From contig OZ037765.1 in the NCBI GenBank assembly GCA_964035545.1, positions 17,546,995-17,610,994 of the forward strand: DNA of 64,000 nucleotides, written 5' to 3'. The translations under genes and the position numbers were made by a program. Origin of the DNA: Bugula neritina (Eukaryota; Animalia; Bryozoa). A model generated the notes under the pieces. The model was given only the letters and a program-made list of their open reading frames with translations. It searched no databases and was not told where the DNA came from. Each line of letters begins with the position of its first letter. Position 1 is the first letter of the stretch. Shown piece after piece: positions 29,174 through 41,100 of this stretch.

Positions 29174-32100
29174 ATGAGTGTTCCAGAAGGTAAGTTTTTG
29201 TACATTTGAAATTTTGTAACATAGCTATTGCAGCAACTCAACGTAAATTGTAATGTGTTTCCTAGGAAAGGTAATTAAACATGTTTATATTTACTTTTGC
29301 TATATTTAGTTTTGATTAATCCTTAATTGCAGTGCTATGCTGTTTTTCATGATGTATGGTAAATCAGTTATTATAATTATGCTTAATCTTACTACATAAT
29401 TGTTCAAAATTCATGTATATGCTGGATATGCTTCATGGCACGGATGCCTATGCCTTGAGCACAGATACTGCACGATAACTCAAATTATTCTTTATTGTCA
29501 ACAGTCTATTTTTCCATATATAAAACTGTAACCTAAAACTATAAATAATCTGGTTAATTTACACTCATTAATTACATTTATTGCTTAAAGAACTTTTCAC
29601 ACTGATGAGAAGAAAGTCTAATACTTGCAATTATTTTGTCAATAAGGTAAAAGTTATGTGCATCCTCGGCAAAATAAAAACTGCAAGTGAAGTGAATACA
29701 GCTAGTATTTCTCCCTTCACTTCTTCAACGGTACTGGCCCATACCATAACATTGATAACTAGCAATTGCCAAAAGGCTTCACCAAAATTCTTTCTCCAAA
29801 AGTTTTCACCAAAAAGCTGCTATTGCACTGGAGGGGCCAGGTTGATGAAATTAGATTTCTAATTCATCAAAACATAATAATCACAAAAGAAAACAAAATT
29901 TGACAGCAATAAACAAAACTATCTAATTTATTGAATATGGCTGCAAACTTCATGTTTTAGTGCAATTTGAAATTACTTGCATCGAGTTTATTTGATCTGG
30001 CACCAATAAAAGTTTGGAAGCGTACTTAATCAAACAGGACAAGCATTGCAAGGTTTTGTACTGCTTGAAAACTATTATTACTCACAATTATGACAACTTT
30101 GAATTCTTGTATTGTACTGCTAGCTTTTTTACTCTGTGAGTAGTTCCTGGAAACTTGGTACTTGAGGTTCAAAATATTTACATCTGATTCAATAGCAGAC
30201 ATTAGTCCTCTTGGTGTTGTATTCAAATTAATTGAGACGTTGAACCTGGTCAGTTTTTTGCATCGCTGATAGGAAAGAGTGGGATGGGTTGGGCGAATTT
30301 TTTCATCTCTGCCCATAAATTGAATACGTTTTCTCCAAATTTTCTTGATATTTTGGTTGCTAGTTTATCCAGATCTCTTCCATGCCTACCAAACAAACAA
30401 TTGGTTTTAGAAGAATACTTCTTAAGATATGACACGGTTTGTGTTATAGATCATTTTGCCCAACCATCTCCAGGTGGGGGAAGGGTTGAGCATTACACAA
30501 TTTATTCATGAGGTGCGGTGGGCAATAAAGTAAACATCAATAAGTCACAACTACAGTTCCATTTATTTCATATAAAGCAAACCAGATAATAAGATTTCCA
30601 TAGCAAAGTATGGAACTTAAAACTATGTAACCATTGACAGCAAAATTGTATGAAGCAATGCATGGACTAAATTGTTCTGCATGATACAAAACAAACAACG
30701 CTTCTTTAGGCTACTGAGTGTTCATCGTATATATTCCATGGGGTCAAGTTGTACTTTGATATTTCAACTGCAAATGACAGAACTGTGAGTGCCCTTGTAG
30801 ATGATGTGGACTGACTAGGTTTGCCGAGCTTCAATACAATGTTGTCCTCCGTAACTGTCTCTGTTGGGAACTTCAATGAAGATAAAATATAAGCCTCCAA
30901 ATTTCTTTTTGAGGAAGTTGCATTCCATGTTCAGTTCTTCGACTAATTCAATCTATCCAACATAAAATTGTTGACTTTTTTTGTAGTTCATACTTCACTA
31001 AAACATATTCTCCTATGCCAGGGATGATCAAATACTTTTGAAATTGGGCCAAATCTCAATATTTAGGGCATAAGAAGGGATAGATTTGTTTGTTGTAAGT
31101 TCAAGGTACAATGCTGCATTACCAAATGCAAACATGATTAGCTTTTTCCCCGAAAGTATCGAATGCAGAATGTAGATGCAGAATACAAGTTTGACAGTTT
31201 ATTAGTTTAACAAGTTTTAGGGAAAGCCGGAGTAATTTGAGCCGTTTTTCACGTTTTTCTAGGTATCAAACATAATACTGTGTATTGAGTGCTAACATTA
31301 TTTACACATACATATGTGGATGTTTGCTATTGTAAACACTTAATATTTTTGGTTTACAGCACACCAAAAATTTTAAACCTATAATAATGACGTCATATTG
31401 TGCGGCTCAAATTGCCTCCTACCTGGGGTAATTTGTGCCGTGGGCTATTTCGGTGTGAGGTAGTATGAGCTGCCAAGTTAACACATACAGTTAGGTCCTA
31501 ATCAAGTATTTTTATTGAAAATAGTAATACTGCATTTATATCAATGGATAAAATATATCAACTTATGCAGATTTAATAGTAAATTAGCGTCAATATGTCA
31601 CAAATCTTCACACCAGCCAACGAGACCAGCCCAATGTCTACTCTCTAGTAAAGCAGCTAAGGTTTTTTCTGGCAGAAGCCTTTTTTTGCAGTTTTACCAC
31701 TTTGTCCTTTCTTTGACACCTTCCCAGCCTGCTCTTTTTGAATTTGCTGTTTTTCTGGTGTATCAGTTAGCATTGCTGATTTAACTTTTCGTCAATTGTT
31801 TGACATCCGCGGACCTCCCCTAGGCAGTTGAATAATCTGTTCCAAAGTAATAGCGATGGTGGTGCTACTGGTTGATGGCTGTGGGTCGTCTGGTAATTAA
31901 GCTGAAGCAATTGTGGGAGAATGACATCCAGGCTCTACGGCTTCAGTTGATGTCGATGGCAGAGGTTGCTCCGTACCGCTTGCTGAAATGAAATCCTCTT
32001 CCCCGAAAACTTGTGAGTCAAGTGGGTATATCCCTGTACAACGGAATCCTGAGCAGATATTTAATGGAGTCATACTCCGACTGAAAGCTGAAGTGGAGAG

Positions 32101-35100
32101 GCCTGCCATTTCATAAATGGGCGCAGATCTACCAGGGTGAGACCTTATCCACTCATCTAGTGACCTGCTCAGAAAAATTTTGAATGGGCCATGCACACAC
32201 CAGTCAAGGGGCTGTAATTTGTGAGATGTATGGGGGTGGAAGAGTCAACAAATGAACCCCAGAGTTCTTGCATAATCCTATAGCTTTCGGTGATATATAA
32301 GAAGAGTGGTTGTCTAGTATAAGCAGTATAATATTCCTTCTTCTAGGTGTTTTGCAGTGTGCAGGTTGCTTCTCGTACTGCAAGGTAAAGTTATATCCAT
32401 TGCTGTTTAGGGCTTTCTGGTAAATATATGCTTAGCTATTGAAACATTCTTTATTAGATGAAAGTGTAGAGCGTTTTTTGTTGATGAATTGAGGAATGTT
32501 TTTTAACATAGAAGGAGGGGGTTGCTGCTTCGATTGATGTAGGTATGGGTGTTACCTGATTTTTTAAATGGTTTGTGAGTAGCATCGAGGAGGTTGAGTG
32601 TGACATCTAGGAAATTGATGATTTTTTTTATCAACTTCAATAGTAATTCTTAAGCCAGCAGATTTGAAGATTCGGCATATAGCCTTTTTCATGCTTTCTA
32701 CCTGTCTAGGTTGTTCTTTTAAAATAGCTAAACCATCGGGACGGTACAACCCGATGTTATTTTGCAGTTCTTCTGTAGGTAGTTGGTTGAGGACATATGC
32801 ACCTATTAGCTTGCATATTTCTGCGCCATCGTAGGAACCCATTGGTACATCAAATAGCTCCTTTAGTGATCTTTATACCCATGGCTGGTTGGCTGTAAAA
32901 GCAAAGATTTCCTGGCACACATAATAATCTCTTCTGATGTGGTTTTGGAGTGAGTTGTTGAAAATTTTAAAGCATCCAATAAAAGTTGTTGTGTAGCACT
33001 GAAGTTTATGATGTCAAAGCTTATAAATGTAAATTTTTGCTCATCTTTGATGCTGTTGAACCAGTATAAGACTTCCTGGGTATTTTTCCATTGATTTATT
33101 AAGTTGGAAGCACGTAGTTTGGTGTTAATGTCTACCAAAAGTTATTTGCTAAAAAATACCTTAATGTTGAATTTAATCAAGTGAATGGATAAGTAAATTG
33201 GATATTGCTGTTGCTAGAATGGTTAGGTTGTATTGCTCAGGTAGTGTTTATTTGCATGTCTGCATGTACTTACAATTTTACTCCTATTGTTGAGGGATGC
33301 CTCGTTCATCTAATAGAGTGTATAATACTTTTCCCAGAAATAGAGGCTACATTGTTTACTAGTTTTGTTGGAGAAATTAGTCTTTCTCAGGATTTTCCAT
33401 CTTATATTACATTTTATGTTTTTATCTTTTGATTGCCAGTCTTTTTTACCGAGTTCGCTCAAATGATTTTTTGCGTAATTGTTGTATGTTGACTTATGGC
33501 GGTATAATCTTGTTTTGAACTCAGTATCCGATAGGTTTGGTGTTGAGTGTGGCAGCAATATTTGGTTTAAGCTGTTGCTTGGTATACTATACATGTAGTA
33601 AGATACTTTCATTTTGGCGGGCATAATTTGCTTTTCCTGCAGTTACATCCTCCAATTAAGTAGAATCTTATGAATCCCGAAAGGGATCCTTAGATTCCTA
33701 AATTCACGCATTCCTTATTATATGGCATTCTAATTGTGGTTGACACAATCAAATGCTTTGGAAAAATAATATTTTTCTGCTGTCATTTTTGGTCTCTTGG
33801 GAGGGGGGGGGGTCATCCACGTTTTTAACTTTTTGATGTTACTGTACACAGTACGGCTCTGTGATCACATAGCACTTTAAATTTTCAAAATTGGTCAAAT
33901 ATAACCTGAGATATGCCAGGTTATACACACGGAGGTTCATAACAATCGACTCTTATTATTGCAAGTGATTAACATTCAAAGTTCGGTGACCAAAAATTGT
34001 ACTAAATTATTTGTTTATCTACCTAGCAACGATGTGTTTAATAAGCTCCATCAGCCTAAAAATTGGTTTGCAGGGGTGGTTTTTTATGCTGATCAAGAAA
34101 ATAAGACTTGAAAATGCACATCTGCTTTATTTTGATCAATATTTCGGATCTTAGTTCAGTGTAATTAGAACAAATTTATTGTTGTAAACCGCCATTAAAC
34201 GCCAGTGTAAACTTGGCCAGTTATCTCGTTCTTTTTCTTTTTGCCTTTCTTTCCTCTGTGCTGTCCTCATTTTCTCTATCTACAGCATACAGCAGCTTTA
34301 CCTACCACCTTTAATTCACTTAAATCGGTTAGTTGACCACAAATTCACCAGGTGGCCAACAATGTATATCAATCTGCAAGCTCACCTTTCAGTATGGAAC
34401 ACACCAGATCATAAGTTTCAGGACTGAAAAATTCTCTTATCTCCTTTGCTAAATATCGTTGCCGTTCCCTAGGTAATCCTGCAGGCACAGTTTCTTCTGG
34501 CATACTGGTGGGAAATTTAGTTAGGTTGATTAGCTGATGATCAATTGAATCCCCACTATCATGAAACATTTTTGCTGTCAGTATACTTAGTAAAAGAATA
34601 TAATGACAGTAATGCAGCAACGAGCAAACAAATAACTAGGTGGATATATGGAAACGCAAACTTGCCAGGTTTGTTGCTAGACATGCAAAACTGGTGGTAT
34701 TTCTTAATACCTTGAAGCTTGCAGCACACGAGAAATGAACTCCATTCATACATCGGCACAATTACTTTTCCCCCTTGGTCTCCAACTAATTGAGCATGAT
34801 TTCCCTTAGCTGAGCCTGTTACATTAGAACTGAAACTTAGTATAATTATTTCATGCACCCTAATTTTTCTGCATACAAAAATTTAAGTATGAAATTACTT
34901 CTTGAATTCTATCAAGTGATGACAACTTAGTCCGGGGTGTCTTCTTTTTCAAGTAACCAAAGTGCATGTCACAGCAGAACTTGGTGTGGTCAGTGATGAG
35001 GAAGTTCATTTCTATTGAGGTGTTGCGCTTCGTGGCACATCTCCAAAAAAGGTAACTCATCATTATGTTCTTATTTTGGCCCCTGAAAAATCAATGCAAA

Positions 35101-38100
35101 TGCTATAAACGAGAGACCGAAAATATCACGATAAAAACTGGAAGTAATACCAAATCTAATACACTATTGTTAGATATTATGTGTAATAAAAACTTACGCG
35201 CAGTTGTCAGCATGTAGAATTATCCTCTGCTCTTTCAGACCCCAGCTCTCTAAAAAAATGGTGGAGGTATGACACAACAGCATTTGCGCCCTTGGTAATC
35301 ATTACCGCTTCATCTATCAGGTAATTTACCTGAGTTGACAGTGAGGGGCAGCAAGCACCAAATATTGCACATTTCCTAGAAGTTTTAAAGTAAATTGGGC
35401 CTGGCTGGTGAGGGTCATATGGGTAGTGGATCTGCAAAATAAATTGCATAGACAGACTAACTTTATAATTACCTAATGATTTACCTATCGAGGTTTTTAA
35501 AAGTTAATACAAGCACATTATAGGACAAGATCTGCTTGATATTTCACCAGAAATCTTATAAAATTTCTTGTTGGGCATAGTTGAAACAGTAATGTCTAAC
35601 CTCTGGTCCAGATTTATGTGGGGAGGTATTCAGCGTCAAGGTTTTGATTGATTCCGATAAAACCATAGAAGCCAGCTCAATGCAATTATTCATGTGCACC
35701 CGAGCTTTCGTAGCGCCTTCTAGATGCAATTTTTGCTTGTCTATATGGTTCTCTTTTTCAGCTTCCGAATGATTCATTAAACTGCAAGGCATAATATTAT
35801 CAAATCAAATAGTTAAAACACCTACGGCAACTGCAAATATTTCAAAAGTAGTTCATTGAAACTCACAGGTTGTAATTGTAGTTATGCTGTTGGCAAGTCC
35901 AGCACAGATCTGATGTGGGCCTAGATATGATGATAGTGGGCAGCACAGCTTTCCACACTTTTCTAAATAACGTCAATGAACGAATAGTTTTACCAGCTGC
36001 ACGTGGCAACTATCAGAGTAGTCCAAGTAAAGAGATTTTACAGTTAGATCAGAAGGCAAGACCTGCACATCAGTTTTAGAGGAGCCTAGAAAAAAACCAA
36101 TGACTGCTATGTTCCATTCATATCACAGCGGAAAAGCTAAATTTTATGCTCGCTGTACCTGGTACACGTCCGGGAAGAGCTAAGGCATGTATGCTGGCTA
36201 CAGACTTGAAAAAGTCAACGATAGATTGTGCTTCTTCAAATGTGATTGATTTGTTGTTACACCCTTTGTATTTCATGTGCCGTGGTACAACACCATTTCC
36301 CTTGTAGTGCTGCGTCAATTTTGAGAGAGTGTTATGAGACACGCAGTTAATGTAGCAGAATGCATTTCTGCAAATTGGTGATCCTACAAGCAACTGTTGG
36401 TATAAACTACAATCAGTAGATAAGCAGCATTTTTAATTTAGCCTTACAGTTTTTGTTAGTAGAAAAAAATTCTGATTAGTTTTGTATATCTTGTTCTACT
36501 TACATTCATGCTCGTAACAATTTCTAGTAAGCAGTCTTTCTTTATTTTTTACTCTAGTGGTAGGCTCACTCCTGTTAATGGTGACTGAGAGCTTAGCTAG
36601 TACCATTATATCTAACTCGCGTTTCGACAAACTTTGGCTGTTTAGTCTTATAGTGACTGTTTCAACATGAGCCAGGCAGTACTCTTTGCAGGTACAATTT
36701 GACAAAGACCTTGCATCTGTTGCTTCACTCCGCTGGGCAGTGCCAGTCTCACTACTTTTCATCTCGTCATCTGTAGCTGATTTGTTTTCATCATCATAAT
36801 CATTGTCATTGTGATGACCAGTGAGATTATTATTATACTGCCTCAGTTGTTGCATATTGAAGCATTTTTAAACAACACTGTTATTAAATAAGCAGCTGTA
36901 TGTTTGCTATTTTTAACCTACCCTTCGTTTACTGCTCTGTTGCATATGGATGACTATTTCAGAAAAAGTCCTGTGAATGTTTGTTGCTACTTTTAATAAG
37001 AGTTGTTTCAGTTTTTCCCCAAGTTTAGAATGGCAAGTGTGTCTTTTGTGTACAAAACAATTCCTACTTCAACATTTCTTTAACAACTCTTTTGCACTGA
37101 CAAAATAACATTCTATACCTTTAAATTACCGTAAGAGCAATTCAAAAAGTACTCCATATTTTTGTTTACACCAGCCGTATTTAATTTTTATAAAGTGTAG
37201 TACAAACAAAATCCTGACAACCTTTCCCTTTTACCCTTCTGAATTAAGCTCATTTATATGAATGTTGAGATCATGTCCCATATTATTTTCCAACAGTCGC
37301 AGCTCGTTTTCAGAGAGCTTAATAACCTAAAAATAAGTATCATTGTAACATAAGCATCTGTACAAATGATAGTTTTAGATATGATAGAACAGTTGGTGCA
37401 GTGTACATGACACTTAAAATGAGTCATAAGACTCACAATGCCTGGCAAGCAGTTGCAAGGTAATTCCCCAAGCCTCTAAATCTCATTCTTTTCTAATTTT
37501 TTTCTAGCTGTTGAAATCAGCTCACCACTTTTGACAAAACAACTGTTCAATTGAGTGATTCTGAGCTACTTAGCCTAAAGACACAAATCATTTAAAATTT
37601 AATTGACAACATTCTTGACGCATGAGATTTTTGTATTTCGAAGATTCAATGTTTAACTTTAACATTAAATCATAGTATAGCACAGCTTCGCCAACTAGCC
37701 AACAAGCCAAGAACTGTTTTGTCAGTCTATGGTATGAAATAGCTTGGTCACAGAGATCCACGCCACCCATTGATGCATTGTATTTACTAACAACTGCCGG
37801 TCTTGAGATGGTTTTGTATTCTTTTTTATGCTTGCACCATCTTTGACAGTCCTCTACAGGTTCTCATCCATGCAATGATGATGCCATTAAAATCTCTTTG
37901 GTGTCAAACCATTTCACTATGCTGATCGGTTCATCACCATTGCCATTTGTTATAAACTGCTCCATAGATCTTCTTCCTTTAGCTTTCATCTGCTTGTCTG
38001 ATGAAAATTGCACAGGTACATACTTTGGGCTTATAGTTCCTGTTAGCAAAATGTTTGTCTGTGCAAGGTGTTCAATCAATGGGATGGTTGTAAAAAATCG

Positions 38101-41100
38101 ATCACAGAACACATGTTTCCCTGGTCCTAAATCATTGGTTAGTCGCAATACAACTCCCACTCCTTGTCCTCCTGATCCATCTCTCAACTTAAAGTCTTGA
38201 AATGTCCTCTCCCCTTGGTAAATTTCAAAGTCGTATACTACGCCATTTAAAGTTTAAAGTTTTTTAAACCTGTTGAGTATGGCTTTCGTGGTACATATTG
38301 TCTTGTAGGGCATTTACCGGTAAATGAGATCATCTGCTCATCTATACTCATATTGCTTTCTCTTGGTAATTTATTACAGACCTCGCGGATATGTTTAACA
38401 AAAAGTGTTACTTTCTACAACCTGTCTGATGTTTTCATTTCTGCTGTTACGAGGTTGTTGTCCACCACTTTTAAGTTGCTTCTAATCTTGAAAAATCGAT
38501 TCCTTCGCATAGCATTAGCAATTATTGGGATATTAGTCTTTCTTGCCCAATACATCTTTAGCCGTTTCATGTTGATGCAGCCCATCAACAAACAAATACC
38601 AAAGAAAACTGCAAGTTTAGCAGAGGTAACTCCGAGAGATTTCCCAATGTTTTGAGCATGATAGCGATTTGTTAGATCAGCCATCAAAGAAAAAATGTCA
38701 TCAGTAAAATATTTTTTAAGTTCTCCTACCGCACTGTTATCGATTGGAGTTGGTAAAGGCTGTGTTGCTTGCTCAAACTTGCTAGTAAAATGAGCGCTTT
38801 TCTTAAAGGAGAAAACTTTTTTTTGACGCTTTTTTGGATTTCTTGGCGGGTGGTGGTTGAAATTCTTCATAGTCATCGGAGTCAGCAGATTGAGTGTCAG
38901 AGCAGGTAGGTTCAAAATCACCGTCATCATCACGGTCATCTGAACAAAATTCTAAGTCAGAATTGTCAAGCATGTCTAACATATGAATAGCATCATTTGC
39001 TGAGAGATTTTTTGAGATCCTATGGTTTGATGATCCTAAAAACGAAGTCAAAATAAGTACGATATTCAAGTATTTAAATGATTAGGCAAGAAAAAATAAC
39101 TAAAATTGATAATTTGAAACAATAATTAGAAGTAAAGTATTAAAAAAGAGCAAAAACAAGATATACTAAACCATTACATGCCTTTAAATACACTGAACTC
39201 AATTGTACTTCTTACTCAAATTGTAGTCATTAGATCCCCATGTCCTGCTCAGGGGACATGAAAAAAAGTTGTTGATAAAACTGAAGGGAAAAGTGATATC
39301 TGGTATATTTTAAAACTAAAATGTGCAGAAACATCTTATAAACAAGAATAAATGATTAAAAATTTTGATAATCTGACCTATGGGATAAAAAATATGTTTT
39401 ACCTGTAGAGGTTGAAGCACATGTTCCATCTCTCTGGGAAGCCATTTTAAAGTTCTTGTAGCTCTTTGATAAAAAAGGGTGGAAAGACAAAACCAAAAGG
39501 AAACAACTCTCCAATTGTCCCTTGAGAGGGACAGATGGTTTTTAATGCTTACAAGTGGTTTCTGTTGATAATAATCTATATTATATATATGTCCTTTGAG
39601 GAGGAGACTGGGTCTCAAAGGGATAGGCTGATTTGTAGCTTTAGGTTTCCTTGTCTGTAAGCTCTAATCAGTGTTTATAATTTTCAAATTATTGAATAAT
39701 ATTTCCAGAGCTTCAGATTTTTTAAAAGTAATATAACAAGTTTGACTTCTCTAGGGCGTTTCTTAGTTGGGCTTTTGGTCTATGAATATGTATTTGCCGT
39801 CAAATAACGCAATACCTTTGTTTACAGACTTTTGTTTCTAGCATGAATTTTTTTCATTCAAGCACAAAAATTAGCTACCTTTAAATTACTTTAAGGGTTA
39901 AAATTGTTTATTGAAAAAAATCTGGACTCATCTGTTAGTTCTGGTTGAATACAGTACTAAAATGCTATAACCAAGACCAAAGTTAAACATGCAACTCTTG
40001 CATGGTAGTTTATATTTGACATACAGCTCATTATCAAGCATCCTTGTAGCTCTGAGTTGAAAAACCTTATTGAAAACTATTTGATGACAGCTACATATGT
40101 GTTAATAAACTATAATACTTCAACAGTAGATTGTATAGTTGTTGCTCGTTTTTGTTTCTAGATGAAATAGTCAAGAGGAAGTTGTTGGTAGATGGTGATG
40201 GAGGTGGAGATGACAAGAGATTGGTGCTGCTTCAGAAGTATGTGATTGATTGGTGCAATGAAACGTCAGACAATGAGACAGAAAGGTTAGTTTTTTATTT
40301 TATGCTTACAATTATTTCACACAACAATTTATAACATTTAAGTGCATAATGCTGTCCTCGTTCTGCTATTGTAACAACATGTTTTAGTGGTATGAAGTAT
40401 CAAAAGTTGCTTTCCCTATTGTGTAATATTGAATACCAAGCAGAGAAGACGTGGCTCGTGAGAGAAATGGCCACGAGAGAACAGAGCAGATATGATAAGT
40501 TGCACCAGGAGATAGGCAAGACGGTTATACCTCATACAGTTGTGTATTCAAGCTTGCTGTATTATTAAAGAACTAAACTTAGTTGATTTCATTATCTGCT
40601 GGTCCCACTATGATATATGACTTAAGAAAGTCATTTCGTACATATTTTTGTCATCACATAATTTTTGCTAATCATACTTGTTATAGCATTCAACATTCCA
40701 ATTGTATATATTATTTCTAACTGTGCATATTTCCAATTGTATTTATTTCCAGTAGTGTATGTTTCTATTTAAAGTTTTAAAGTTATAGCAGTATCATTTT
40801 AAATAAGATTTGACACCTATTTATTTTGATTAAACAGATAGTGTGTATGCAGTGCATGTCTAGCAAATGTCTTAAAACCTAGAACCAACTATCAGAACTA
40901 TAGATTTTGGCTTACCACACAAATGATGGAGTATATCTGTAACTGGTCTAATCTGTTTACTACTAAGGCCCCCTTTTAAGGTCGAAATTCTTGTTTAAAA
41001 TACCCTTAAAAAGTTTAAGCTAAAGTTTATCGTAGACAACTACTTTACCAATCGTGCTTTGAATTTAAAATACTGCTTTTTACTGACTTTCTTAAAAGAT

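Noticed and set aside
29581-29862. 93-aa plus-strand ORF in THOC7 intron 1
   Set aside because: It has a TTG start and no recognisable motif, and it is not needed for the THOC7 reading frame.
33140-33300. Hammerhead ribozyme expected in the Penelope 3' region
   Set aside because: No CTGANGA...GAAA core with flanking stems is visible on either strand.
37225-37245. TTACCCTTCTGA as the missing piggyBac 3' TIR
   Set aside because: Similarity to CCCTTTGAGACCC is too short, and no subterminal palindromes accompany it.
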